From: Octopus vulgaris
Taxonomy: Eukaryota
DNA: 64,000 nucleotides
Reading direction: 5' to 3'
Assembly: GCA_951406725.2 (NCBI GenBank)
Contig: OX597828.1
Location: 9,982,001 to 10,046,000, forward strand
This document shows, piece after piece, positions 26,756-40,102 of this stretch. A program made the translations under genes and the position numbers. Positions within the stretch are counted from its first letter, which is position 1, and each line of letters starts with the position of its first letter. The notes under the pieces were generated by a model. The model was not told where the DNA came from, ran no database searches, and worked only from the letters and a program-made list of their open reading frames with translations.

Positions 26756-27279
26756 GTATTTATATACATGTATATAATCATACATAAATGTACATATATA
26801 TAATTATAAATACACACGCTCACACACACATGTATGCATGTATATATAATATGTTAGTGTATCTCAGGCAACGCGACTGGATTAGTAAAATAACAGGTTA
26901 GCACCGTTCGTAGGAAAGAGAGGAAGATGAGAATAAACAATAAGACATAGTAAATTAAAACACAACACGATACAATAAAGTAGGGAAATGAAAGAAGATA
27001 AAATAAAGTGAGGCAATACAGAACACAATGGATGTAGTAGGGTACCGTAATAGTTTGGTGGATATAATATTTATTTTTTAAAGATCACGGATATAAAAGC
27101 CTTTAATTTTCGTGGATATGAATGTTTTAAAACTTTCAAAGGATTTTAAATCTTTTCAAAAAATTTTTGAAAGGATTTATAGAAGTCGGCATAAAAGTAG
27201 ACTGGTAAGTTGATGAATAAAGAGCGAGAGAGAACAATCGACAGATAGATATGTATATATGTAGATAGATGATAAGACA

Positions 27280-27360
27280 GACAGACAGGCAGAGAGAGAG
27301 AGAGACAGAGAGGGACAGACAGACAGACTGACTGACTGATAGATAGATAGATAGATAGAT

Positions 27361-27440
<80 letters not shown>

Positions 27441-27446
27441 TAGATA
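27280..27446. repeat. (GACA)/(GA)/(GATA)n compound microsatellite
   Basis: Read directly from the sequence. Confidence 0.9.
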
Positions 27447-28341
27447 TTTCGATGAGTAAATAGGATAGATATTTTGCCCTACATGTGGCGTGTGATCTGG
27501 AGTGAGTTCAGTGGCTTGGTGCTGTAGTTGATTTATTTAGTGCTTTGTAAATGAGAGTACTTCATCAGACATTTAAATTCATATTTTCCGCTTTTTCTTG
27601 ATGGTTGTTAGTTTTGCAGCATTTCAGGATTAAAGATCCTTGAAGCATTAGACATGTTTCCACGCTCCATATTGTTAAGATGTCTCCTATTCGCCTATGT
27701 ATGCCGCCACGTAGAACAGGATTAGGTGTCACCACGTTGTATTTAGCTGGGCGCTGTCAGTTGCATTCGTTGTTTGGGCAGGACATTGGTTTAGGCAGCA
27801 TGTGACCATTGTGTTGGTGTGTGCATGAAAACACGTTTAATGCTTTCAGGATCTAGTAATTCTGATAAGGAGACCAAACATTTTAATGCCGATTTTTAAC
27901 TTGTACTCCCCCATCACCCCGTAATAGGACACTCCATGTAGATTCATTGTATTTTTCCTTCTTTTCATTTGTTCTTTTTGTGAATGTTGCATCCCCTTTG
28001 GTGTTAAGGGTTCAAGTCCCTACGATGCCAACCCGGTCCTTGTTATTCCTGTCGCTGTTGTTATTTTCATCGCTGTGGTTATTGTTCTTGCTGTTGCTAT
28101 TGCCATGATTCGCCAACTAAGTCGTTCGCGGAGCTTGGTTCTACAACTAGGTGTCCTTGAGGTGCAGGCGGTTCAACGTCTACGTTTACCAGATATGGGA
28201 ACCTAATGCAACTAAGATATGCACACTCAGACACACAATTGCACATACAGACGTACACATATGATCATAGAATTTTACACACACACACGCGCGCATATAT
28301 GTATGTATGTATGTATCTATGTATGTATGCATGTATGTATG

Positions 28342-28406
<65 letters not shown>

Positions 28407-28739
28407 AATATAAGTGGGGACCACTATGTGGAAGCCCTCACGCTAGAAAGAGATCCGCATAGGTCTCAACCACTAAGAATTGTTCTCCAGAAACTTTAGC
28501 ACACCAGAAACGTAAGCGATCAAGACAAATGGAAAATAACAAAAATATAGATTAATCACAAACAATTGTTTCACTATTAATGAATTACGTAATTTTACTT
28601 ACACAATTAATATCCCATTTTCACCTTCATTTTGATCATATATATATGAATATTTGCCAAGTCATCTCACAAGATACATCTGCACCAATGATGCATTAGA
28701 ACTATTTGTGCAGCTGACCTACGGTGCATATATTATGCA

Positions 28740-29542
28740 TCTTATTATTCAGTTTTAAATCAAGTTTTCTTGCCAATAGAGAAAGAGCCAACTGACAGCT
28801 ATGTCTTCTTCATTGGAATTTCAACATCAACAACATGGTATTTTATCTTTGGTATGTATATGTGCAGATTTGTACGTTTTGTTTTAACTTGAATTCTCCT
28901 GCATAGAGCTGCATATCCTAGACAAGCTTTGATAAAATTCTGGAAAGTTTTACAGATTTTTACAGCCCCAAAGATGGATTGGATTTGTAGTCTTCGAATT
29001 AATTAACTCCCTTCTGGTTTTGAGAAGCCTCATTTCTCAAGATTAGTATTTAGGCAGTGTGTTACATATCGCAGGGCTCCAATAATTACAGCTACAAACC
29101 TAAACTTGTAATATGGATAGATTAACGGCAGATTGTTCAATAGTTCAACGTAGGTATTATCTTTTTCACCGATCTTCAGCTTTATATTAACATCCACTGT
29201 GCAGCTAATTTCTACAACTGTACACAGTGTCTCTTTATCCCAAATCATTATACCAGGTCTGTCGTGCTTACATTTTATTGAGGTTTTAATCCGGGACATT
29301 TCCCGTTTTTCTTTTACTATGAGTGGCTATGGCTTCTACCACACTGTGATTTCTCACTTCTTTGACCTCAGTGTTAACCTTCCAACGGATTTTATTAAAT
29401 GAGAAGTGTCGTACCTATAAATTCATGTCTCATCGGTAGATAATACCGTAATGACATTTTCGGACAACCGTTTATGGTGATATCTCCGGAGTTAACTCCA
29501 CAAAGTCTGCATCGGTTGTTACATTTTACCGCTTTTCCTACA
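28740..29542 (-). mobile_element. 5'-truncated non-LTR retrotransposon with restriction-like endonuclease (R4/Dong-like), decayed
   Basis: CRLCGVNSGDI(T) zinc knuckle, then KCKHDRPGIMIWDKETLCTVVEISC..EKDNTY..FVAVIIGAL (ORF 29030-29299); 3' UTR homologous to 53340-53455. Confidence 0.85.
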
Positions 29543-29602
29543 TTCATATGTATGTATATATGTATGTATTTATAAGAAGGTTTGGAGATGATGTACAGGT
29601 AT

Positions 29603-29955
29603 TATATATTAGAAGAAATGAGGTACTCAGAAATCCGGATAGTCTTATATTTACAGATATTTACATGTTTTTATACATCATATGTCGTATATCATATATT
29701 AGCTCTTTCGTCCATTGTAGTGGAGTCTTCAAATTGAACTTAGTTTGAAGACTCGACTAGAAGGGACGAAAGCGCTAATATATAATATATGATATATGAT
29801 GTATTAAAACATGCAACATACTAATAAATCCGGATTTCTTAATTTCTTAATTAAGGTCTGATAAGGTCACAGAAGTGAGACGAAAGAACTCTGGCTGAAA
29901 AAAGATTAAGATTAATGTCAAAAAATTAATAACCTCATTTCTTCTAATGTATGTA
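29603..29955. repeat. Fold-back element with hammerhead-like motifs in both arms and a 75-bp insert in the right arm
   Basis: Inverted pairs attagaagaaatgaggt/acctcatttcttctaat, agaaatccggat/atccggatttct and gagtcttcaaa/tttgaagactc; centre near 29738. Confidence 0.8.
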
Positions 29956-30249
29956 TTTATATATGCATGTATATATGTACGTATGTATACACGTACATAT
30001 CTATACAGAATGCTGTTTCCACATCCAATCAGTTAATGAAAATAGAGTAGTAGATTGGAAATAATTTTAGCTGCTGATAGAAAAGAACAATCTTGGGAAA
30101 CACATAAGTGCAAAGAACAAGAACCTTAAACTCAAATCTGCAACATTTGATCCAGCATTGATGTCTAATATTATGAAAACTGCCTCATTAACCAAGGAAA
30201 TAGAATATGATTTTCAAAGATCCAAAACAAAGTATCTCATATACTAGCG

Positions 30250-30620
30250 TGTGATAGAGATTGAGATATCACTGCAAATGACGCTGAATGCCCATGGAAG
30301 TCATAAAATGCGATCATGGATACCAAGTTAATCGAAAATATATGGCAGATGCAGCTCTTGTTTGAAATATCAAAATTCGTGACGCACTTGATAACGAGTC
30401 CTTGTCTAACTTTTCTGAGAATCCTTTGATAAATTCATTTAATATATTTTATACAGAAAATGCCATTCAAGAATATTATTAAAATGTGAGGAAGTCACCC
30501 GTTGTCCGGAAGATAAAAATCCTGAAGATCAATTCAGTCTTCAAGCAAATCGACCCATTCCTCTCTCAACTGTTATATGTAATGCTGATGACTCATCTAC
30601 TAATCATTTACTCCATCCTC
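30250..30620 (+). mobile_element. Old LINE reverse-transcriptase fragment (CR1/L2-like)
   Basis: ANRPIPLSTVICN resembles the RT 'NYRPISLLSV' motif; many stops. Confidence 0.35.
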
Positions 30621-30719
30621 AGTAAACCTTAAACTTTCGAAGCTGTATGATACAGTGGTTGTTGATTGTAGCTGATGTATGTATGTCAAAAACCATGTAT
30701 CACATAGGAGAAACATCTA

Positions 30720-31066
30720 CAGGAAGTAAAGGTAAAGTCGACCCCGGCGGAATTTGAGCTCAGAACGAAAAGACGGGCTATATGCAACTAAGAACTCTGC
30801 CCGGTGTGCTAACGATTCTTCCATGTCATTGCTATATTCTAATGATTAATATTAATTTCAAATGTTGGCATAAGGCAAGGAATTTAGGTGGAAGGAGTAA
30901 GTCGATTGAATCGATCCTAGTGCTCAACTGGTATTTATTCTATATACCCTAAAAAGCTGATGGGGAAGGTCGACCAATGTGAAATTTGAAACCAGAAATA
31001 AAGACGGACTAAAGGCCGCTAAGCCTATTGCCCGGCGAGCTGATCGTCCAGCCAGCTTGGTGCCTT
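30720..31066 (-). mobile_element. Two family B SINE fragments
   Basis: aaagtcgaccccggcggaatttgagctcagaacg and gtcgattgaatcgatcctagtgctcaactggta. Confidence 0.75.
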
Positions 31067-32381
31067 ATTCGAATGCATAATATTAAGTTGTTATTACTAC
31101 TAATCGCTCAGTTACATCTCATCACATCCAGATATTATCTACGACGGATTAGCAAAAAGAATATGTATTAATGTTTGTTTTCTCAAAAATGTTAAGCTTT
31201 GTTTTTTTTTTTAAATATGTGTTAAGCTTGGCTTCTTTTTAATTATACATTGTGATATTAAATAAAATGAAACATATATTTATATATTTTGAAATACATA
31301 TTTATTTATTGTATACTTTTATATAAGTTTTACTGTATATTCTGCAATTTCGCTATTGTTCATCAAAGCGTGCAATATATACATTTCCAATAAAGGACAC
31401 TTAGTAATACTTAACATTAGTTAACGTGGACAATCGGGTAAATGTAACACCCTCCCATCGTTTTTGTTTCGATTAAGATTCAAGTATTGTGCTCTCGCAT
31501 AATTGCAGTTTTCTCTATTTTGATTTTTGCTTTTTCTGCCCATCATTCCCATTCGGATGCAAACTATTTGTATATAACAGTGAATAGCTGCACTAAATGC
31601 CTAGTTACAGCTTATTAAATATTACTCCTCCCTCGCATGTAATCTATTTTCAAATATATTTCAATCGTATTTTACAAATAAGTATGACACAAAAATAAAA
31701 ATTTGATATAATATGATCAGGCTGTACAAAAAGAAGAAGAAAAATTTCTCGTTTCTATTTCATCCGTTTTATTTCTCTGATATTCAAAGTTAACTACTTA
31801 AGAACAAAGAAATCATTGAGAAACATTGATTTATAAATATGAAATAAAGATATATGATGGAAACCGCATGGAATAGATATATAAAGTGCAGCTAGAAATA
31901 GAGTTATTTTAGAACTCTTAGATAGGTTAATGATGCTCCAATTCAAATGATATAATTGCAAACTTTATGGTAAAGCAGATTGCAAATCGCAACTAAATAC
32001 ATGTGATTACATGTGAAAGGTTTAAAATTAATTGATTTGTCTTGTCAGAATAACATCTCAAATAGACAAAATTTAATTTACCTTCTCTCTAAATGTAGAT
32101 TAATTCATATTATATTGCCTAACTGTGCTCAAACAACTATTGCACGAAGTAATACCCTTTCTAGGTAAATCGAATCTACGCCATCCCTCACACCTACCTT
32201 TCTCTCTCAACCATTACGTATAACTCTCTATGGCTTTTGTTCACTGTAATCACATTCTGTAATTTATGACTCCTCTTTTTAGCGTATTTATTCCCTCTCA
32301 TCTATTGGTACGAATATTAGAAATGTGTCAAAGCTACAACTGAAGTTAAGTAATAAATTTTAGTGGATTTCAGGAATTTGA

Positions 32382-32656
32382 ATTTAGGAATGGTCATGTT
32401 GCTAATTTAGCCAATAAGAATACATTAAGAATACAATACAATAAGAATACAAAATACGAAATGGCGAGATACACAAATAAGAAAGAAGAAAGAGCAAAGG
32501 ACCACTGATAAGGTCACAGAAGTGAGACGAAAGAACTCTGGCCGAAAAAAGATTAAGATTAATGTCAAAAAATTAATAAAGTTGAAGTAAAGTAGCACCA
32601 AATATATAGTGCGTGTGTTTTTATTGGCTAAATTGGCAACATGACCATTCCTAAAT
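32382..32656. mobile_element. 275-bp element with ~42-bp terminal inverted repeats and a central hammerhead-like motif
   Basis: atttaggaatggtcatgttgctaatttagccaataagaatac (32382-32423) versus gtgtttttattggctaaattggcaacatgaccattcctaaat (32615-32656). Confidence 0.8.
32499..32543 (+). ncRNA. Minimal type I hammerhead-ribozyme-like motif, probably inactive (G8A)
   Basis: cca-CTGATAA-g-gtcaca gaag tgagac-GAAA-gaac-TC-tgg: stem I cca/tgg, stem II with one mismatch. Confidence 0.5.
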
Positions 32657-32748
32657 ACAACAATATATATATATAGGATGCGGTGGGCATGAATGTATGT
32701 ATGTAAGCAGGCATGTTTGTTGATGTTTAAGCGTTTGTGCACGTGTGT

Positions 32749-33059
32749 TGTTGTTTGTTCCTTCTCGAGCCATGCCTGGCTCATAAGGGCCGGTTTCCCG
32801 GGTTCTTGGCGTATAGGTTCCCTACCTGGACGGGACGCAGGTCCATCGCAGGTGAGCTGCAAGATTGAGAGCTGCAGGAAAGAGTGAGAGAAATTTGTGG
32901 CGAAAGTGTCAGCAGAAGTTTCGCCATTACCTTCTGCCGGAGCCGCGTGGAGCTTAAGTGCTTCGCTCATAAACACACACATCGTCCGGTCTGAGATTCG
33001 AACCCGTGATCCCTCGACCGCGAGTCCGCTGCTCAAACCACTAGGCCATGTGCCTCCAC
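32749..33059 (-). mobile_element. Full-length tRNA-derived SINE (family C head, different V-domain-like 3' half), 13-bp TSD
   Basis: A box tggcctagtgg, B box ggttcgaatct, (aac)n tail; TSD tgtgcacgtgtgt at 32736-32748 and 33060-33072. Confidence 0.9.
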
Positions 33060-36000
33060 TGTGCACGTGTGTACATGTCACACAGTATCAGCATATAAAA
33101 CATTTTAAAAATACGAGCATTCACCTATTTACTTTCCGTTAATTACGAATTCATGTCTTTGAAATCTCAAAATTTTATTGAATTCTCTCACTCTGTTATT
33201 TCCAATCGTGTTTCACTTATACTCACGGTTTGGTATATCATGCAGCAGTTTAAGCTTTAAATCTGGCTGACCTCTTTCAGACGGTAAAAGACGAACAAAT
33301 AGTGTATTGTATTAATTTGAAATCCTTCCAAATTGTATCCGGAGAGCATGTCAGCAGTGCCAAGTAAGCTAATATTTTCCTTACTATTATCACAGCCAAG
33401 TTTATGTGATTGAAGACTACTTTTATCCATCTCTCAAGTTTTCTAACCTATTTTTTTTATATTTGTATGCATCAATTCTTTAGTTGCATTTCCCATCAAG
33501 TATACAGTTGTGTATTGTTTAAAAAAACAAAAACATTTCCATGATTTACTCATCGTTGTACAAGTGGACGAAATCTAGACATACTGAAATATTGATGCAT
33601 AGTGTAAATCTTATGGTACTCTGTAGAATGTACTTGATATTTTGCACTATAAAAGTTATGTGAATTGTAAAAACAAAAAATAGTTTAAGATTAAAAGCAA
33701 GAATGAATCGATTATACTCGTGATGCACTTCTTGGTATTCAGCATTTTGTATTGAATCTGATGAAGAATGGTTTCTTTCGTCACAGGATTCCATCGAAAC
33801 TGACCACCCAGTCACACATTTTGTGACGTAAGGTGTTGATGATAAAGGGACGCTCATAACGTAACACGGAACATTTGTCTCAAAAGAGGTTTTCGCAAAA
33901 AAGAGATGTTCTGCTAATAAACAGCGGTAAATTATACGCAGTCACAATATATCACACACACACACACGCACGCACATATATATACACATGAACACACACA
34001 CCCGCAACCCCACACATACACGCACGAACAACCCCACACATACACACACTCATAACCCCATACACACACACACACACACTCACAAACACACACACTCACA
34101 AACCTACATACACACACACACACAAACACACACTCATAGACGTGTATCTGTCTTCTTCCTTGTTAATGTGTACCTAATACTGCGCGCGGGATAGCGATGA
34201 ACTCGCTACCACAATACTTGACCAAGGTACAACGAAATGCGTCTGCAATCCTTGCCGCCAACAACCATTGAGTTGTGTTTCTACGATGGTGGCACTTGCA
34301 GCATTTTATATGTTTACCTTTCTCCATGCTTACCCCGTGCTCTAACCAATATAGAATACTTGCTTGTAAATTATCGAACAAGACGACCTGATACATACAT
34401 TGGTAAGATTGCCAAGTTTAATGGAATCCATTGCTCAGCAAACTGTCTCTGGAATCAAATCGGTGGTTCACCTCCACCAAAACATTGTGAAGGTGATTTC
34501 GTAATTGACGGAGCATGGCAGAGACGATGGATTATCACAAAGTAATTCTACTTATAATGCCTCTATTTTTCTAGACAGATTTTCCCACTCATCTAACATC
34601 CTTTAAAATAACTGCAATATTTAGTGTGGCATTGCAATTAACATATTCGGAGGAACTGCTAATGCATTCCCTTTCTCCGTAGGTTTCGAAAATCAACATT
34701 TAGTTGCTGTATTGTCACTCGTGAAATTAACAAAATAGGAATTTAAGCTATCTGGAAAAACGAGTACGTTTGCTAATGAATCAGCATGAAAGATTGAGAA
34801 CGCTATGGGACTTCGAATTAAGCTTAGAATCCAGTGACAGAAAGTAGAGAGAGAAATAGACGCGACATTGATGATGATACTGCAATGGTGTTAGGGTCAT
34901 TGACCCTGTAAGGAAGAAATGCAATGCAGAATTTTGGGGCATTTGAACCTGGACCGCAGGAAGTTAGAACAAATAGTTGAGAAATTAACGTTCATATCCC
35001 CACCGTCAGAGGAAGCTGATGTTAGATTATGTCGATTATTAAGGAGCATAAACAGTATAAAGGGCTTTAATGTGATACACCATGACTGGAGAAATACGAA
35101 CTACTGAAGCAAGTAATTTAGTAAAATATTAAGTCCATAGTGCATTCAATCGATATGGTACACCTTTATTCAAATTTAGAATAAAGGATAAAATTCAATG
35201 CACTTCCAAATATTTTGAAAATTTGATTTCTGTCAACTATAATATATTTCTCGTCTGGAGAGATTTCGTATTCAGTACGAACACAAACCATTTAAAATTT
35301 ACATTTATTTTACAAAAATTAGTTGCGTCAGTGAGTCGCTACTCTTAATACTATGTTATTAAATACGTGGGGATGATTACCATAACTTGCAAAAAGTACA
35401 TTTTATTTAGAAAATAGGAATGCTGTATACATAAACAGAATGATTTCATTGATGACAACTTAGGAAATTTGAAGTATTATCATGAATGGCTTTATATATT
35501 TTATTAACTCAACGGTAGACTTCAATTAATATTTGATTACTCAATGATGTGTGAGTTAATGTTTTTAAAATATATATCGTAAATGTGCATTGTTACCAAC
35601 CTAACAAATAATAAGAAAAAAAAACGTTCATTTTATTAATATAATATTGGGTGAAATTAGATTTTGTTTAGTATTGAATAGTGCAATATATGAGAATAAT
35701 CAACAAACGATGTCCTCAGTATCTGTATATCAATTCGGGAAATATATTCATTCTACAATGGACGTAATTGTAATAATGTTCTGACAAATAATAGCTGCAT
35801 TACGTCAATTCATTTATTCATTTTTTAATGACAGTACTCCCGTAATAAATACATCGAACAATTGGTTAACACAAGAGCAACAATCATAACTGAAATTAGT
35901 ATTATAATAAGTGAATTTGTATGCGGCCTAGGTAAAACCATGGAAGTGATAAACACAATAGATTTGTTGAAATCCATCTAAGCCGAACTCTGATGGTTTG

Positions 36001-36614
36001 TTTGAAGTTTCCAGGAGTTATAACCCACGCAAAAATTGGAAAATATTTTCTTATACCACAATAAGTCCCAGTGTTTCTCTATCACTCTCCCTCACTCTCT
36101 CTCTCTCCCTCCCTCTTTTCATGCATATGCACGTATACACTCACACGCATAAACACTTCTCTCTCTCTCTCTCGCAATTTTACTATTTTTACCTGCCCTA
36201 TTCTATGTGATGTGTACACTATACATATGTCTATAGGTATATAACTTATGTATGTATGTATGTATGCATGTATGTAAGCATGTATGTAAGTGTATGTATA
36301 TATGTATGTATGTGTGTATGTGTGCATGCATGCATGCATGTATATGTATATAACGTTTTCCAAAAACACATTGATCAGAAAACAAGGTTATAGTTGGAAG
36401 TAATTATAAGAAATAATAGTCGGGAAAGCAGATCACCAGTTATCCGTTGTCTATATTTCATTTCTTTTCCCAATGCAATTGTGTTTTGTTTTATTTGCAA
36501 TAATAAATTCATAAGTACATTAGCATTTTCAACTGTTGCCTATTTCAAATTGCTTACTTTTTAAATCCTTTTCTCAATGTCGTGTCCCTATAGTAATCTT
36601 GAGAGCAGATAATA

Positions 36615-37863
36615 TCAGGTCAATCCATAAGTAATGTTGTATTTTGTAGTAGGTTTTGAAGAAATAAAAAGGCAAGTAAGGTACCAATGTAATCAACTAT
36701 ATATTCCCCATCTGAATCAATAACATTCTTCTTGTAAAATGATTTTATTTATGCCATCCCTTTAAAAATCAGCTAGTTTAGAAGAGAAAAACCTATTGAA
36801 GGTCCATTTCAAGTGTCTCTAAGGGATTGCATTCTTTTTCATGAATAAACTTTGCAATTTTTGGAATAAATAATTATCCGAAGAAGCAAGGTCAGGAGAA
36901 TAGAGAGCATGTGGAAGTCATACCCAATCTAGTTCCTCAATCACCTCACATATTAAACTTGCCTTATGAGGTCTGGCATTGTCATGATGAAAAATGACAC
37001 CCTTTCAATTCACTAGAGAGCTCCTTTTTTCTGTAAGTTTTTCGTTCAATCTATCAGTTTTTCCACAGTGGATTTGAGCTGTAATTGTCTGGTTTTGTGG
37101 TAAGATTTCAAAATTTCTTACACTTTACATGTCCCACCAAACGCTTAACAAAACTTTCCGAAGGTGAAGAATTTGTTTTGGATGGTGTCTGGCTTGCTCT
37201 CCTGGTTAAACCCATTGACGTCGGTGTTTAACATTCTTATAACGTATCCATTTTCCTCCACCTGTAACTAGGCTGATCAAAGATGGACATTTTTCTCACG
37301 TGAATAAAGAGTAATGTAAATATTGACAGGTTCTCTTCGATTGTTTTTATTCTGTTCATATGGAACCCACCTGCCACGCTTAGACACATTTCCAAGTTCT
37401 TGCGAATTGCGATGGACCGTTGATGACGATAAATTAACTTTTTTTCTGCTATGCCTTCAATAGTTGCATATGAATTTCTACTGCTAGCGACTTTCAACAC
37501 ATCATTATCAAAAGACACAGGGCACCCAGAGCGACGGATTTCTACAAGCTAAAAAGTCCACATGCCGAAGTTTATGGAACCATTGTTAGCACTTCCGAAT
37601 ATTCAATGCATTTGTTGCATTGTTGCTTGTTTTGTACTCGTAACACATGACGAGCTTAATGTGCTTTTTTGCAACATCCATTTTCATGAGAGATTAAACC
37701 AACAAATTATTATTTGCGTGTCTACACGTCAGAATCTCTCTAACTGAATATTCTCTTACTCTCTTGTATTTATGCACCCTTAAAAATCATCTTGCTTAAG
37801 CGTGGACAGGCATGTTTCAACAAGTACGCTCTGAAAAAAAAAATTACCTATGGGATGACCTGA
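36615..37863 (-). mobile_element. Full-length mariner DNA transposon with pseudogenised transposase
   Basis: TIRs TA|tcaggtcaatccataagtaat and attacctatgggatgacctga|TA; minus-strand MKMDVAKKHIKLVMCYEYK, QWFHKLR, KGVIFHHDNARPHKA and LPHALYSPDLASSDNYLF with stops and frameshifts. Confidence 0.92.
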
Positions 37864-38462
37864 TATTAGTGTTTATTACGCATAAGAATAGGTGTTCGTG
37901 TATGCATGCGTGTGTGCATGTGCGTGTCTCAGTGTGTGTATGTGTACGCGTGTGTGTGTGCGTGTGTGTGCATGTGTGTATGTAGGTGGAGTTTAATTGT
38001 AGCTGTTTCTACAATTATTTTATCCTTACACTTGTCGGATAACGTGGTTAGTTAGGCCACTTGTTATTTATTCTAAATACAGCTACAATCAGTTTTCTGA
38101 ACATATACAAATTCAGTAATCAATATTACGGCGTTCGTGGGTTCTTCTTCACAGTAATCTCCACAATGTACTGCAATATTTTCACCTATGCTACTCGTCA
38201 TTTTGCCAACCTATGCTGTGGTGTTATTCATATAGTGCCTCTAAGGCCCCATTAAAAAAGGTACTTGTATGCTATTTGTGGATGATTATTCATATATTTC
38301 AGTCGTTAAAAGTGTTATATTATGTTAGATATTAGGAAGTGAATAGTTATGGCCGATCGTAGAGCGATCATTGGTTTCACAGAGTAGCTGACTCGTCAGA
38401 CACAAATGTCTGTCGAGTCGCCTATAGTTCTAAGCAAATTATCACTCTATGACCGGCCACAA

Positions 38463-38566
<104 letters not shown>

Positions 38567-38595
38567 ATCTATCTATTTATCTGTCTATTTGTCTA

Positions 38596-38638
<43 letters not shown>

Positions 38639-38641
38639 GCA

Positions 38642-39130
38642 TAATGGGTACAAAGCGCCACCAACGGCAAACAACTTGAAATACGAAAACAAATACGCAA
38701 ATAACGAGAGAAAAACGGAAAACTAATACAAAAAATGACCCTTCAACAGTTGTCTTTCTACTTCCGATTTCGAGCACACAACCAGAATATAAGTCATCGA
38801 AGACACTTGCTCCCATGAATACCAAAATAAAATTTTGGATTTATGGAGCGTCAAAGTTGGGAACAAAAACAGGACAGTGGAGACATACAGGGAAACCGAA
38901 CGAAAAGAAAAATGGAGGGTCCTTAGACCTGAACGAGGGGGAAATAGTGAACGGTGATTGAGAAATATTTTCTTTGGAAAGAGAAACGATACAAACGAGA
39001 GATAGGAAAATATGTTACGGAACAGTCCGTAATTTACCAAGACATATCGTATTATAATCAGAAGAAATACAGGTACACCGTCGGATTCTCCTAAATCATC
39101 TGTTAAGTATTCCACCCGTGAGGGATTCAT
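38642..39130 (-). mobile_element. Second copy of the 12495-13190 family (probable Penelope-like tail)
   Basis: atgggtacaaagcgccaccaacggcaaacaac, ccaaaataaaattttggatttatgga and aggacagtggagac are reverse complements of segments in 12900-13190; lies between (TA)n tracts. Confidence 0.65.
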
Positions 39131-39206
39131 GGTAGATGGGTTGAATAAATTGTAGTGACTAATACAAATTCTAGTATCTTCCATCTTCCATCTCTCAATA
39201 ATCATG

Positions 39207-39287
<81 letters not shown>

Positions 39288-39809
39288 AGAACTTAACATC
39301 TTCTGAGCAATAACTAACGCGCATTTTATTTCAAAGCTCCTATATAGTTATCGCTTACCATATGTTACATCTTTTCACTGGATATACCTGCGGGTCTAAG
39401 TTGCATTTGAACTCAGAAAGTAAAGACCGGGAAAATGCCGCTAAGCATAATACCCGGCGTGCTAAAGATTGTGGCAGCTCGCCGAATGTATACGTATATA
39501 TTGAATAAATTAGCATACACTATCGACCTAATCCCATCACAGATTTTTACACGTAGGAAATAATGAGATGGAGTTTCAAATTCTATTACTTCTATGATTG
39601 TATTATGCTTAGCTCGTTGTAGAACAATTGCATTAATGCTATCAGTTCTTCAGGCATATATTATCGGGTCATGTTACATATTATTGAGTGTACAGTAAAT
39701 CTAATATTTTACAGTTTTACATTTTTGATGGTATATTTTATGAATGTGGAAGTCACCTGACGATACAGATGTAAGTGAATCAACATTAACTATATTTATG
39801 CAAAGTGTA

Positions 39810-40102
39810 GTTGTGTGGCTTCAGGCTTGGAGTATTCGGCTGTTGTGAGTTTGATTCCCGTTGGCGGTTTTTGTCGAAAATTTCGTTTTGATCCAGTCCA
39901 CTCAGCTGGAAAAAAATCATTAGTATCTGTAATCCAAAGGATCAGCCTTGTCACATTTTATGTGACACGGAATCGCCCTGAAAACTACGTTAAGGATACG
40001 CATCACTGTAGAATGCAAAACAATTTTCACGTTAATTTTACGAGTAGGCTGTTGTGTTGATCGGATCAGGTTAAACCTTAGTTGTCGTGACCAACAAAGT
40101 GC
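39810..40102 (+). mobile_element. Degenerate family C-tail SINE
   Basis: ccagtccactcagctg..cagccttgtcaca..aactacgttaagg..cacgttaatttt..gtcgtgaccaac. Confidence 0.7.

Noticed and set aside
28415-28620. GAAAcaattg stub on the minus strand as another hammerhead
   Set aside because: No CUGANGA core or stem II found at a suitable distance.
32990-33059. tRNA-like sequence with A and B boxes (also at 413, 45760-45829 and 63349)
   Set aside because: SINE heads that continue into SINE bodies, not standalone tRNA genes.
32425-33081. Longest ORF in the window (218 aa)
   Set aside because: Runs through a TSD-flanked SINE and the inverted-repeat element; no protein features.
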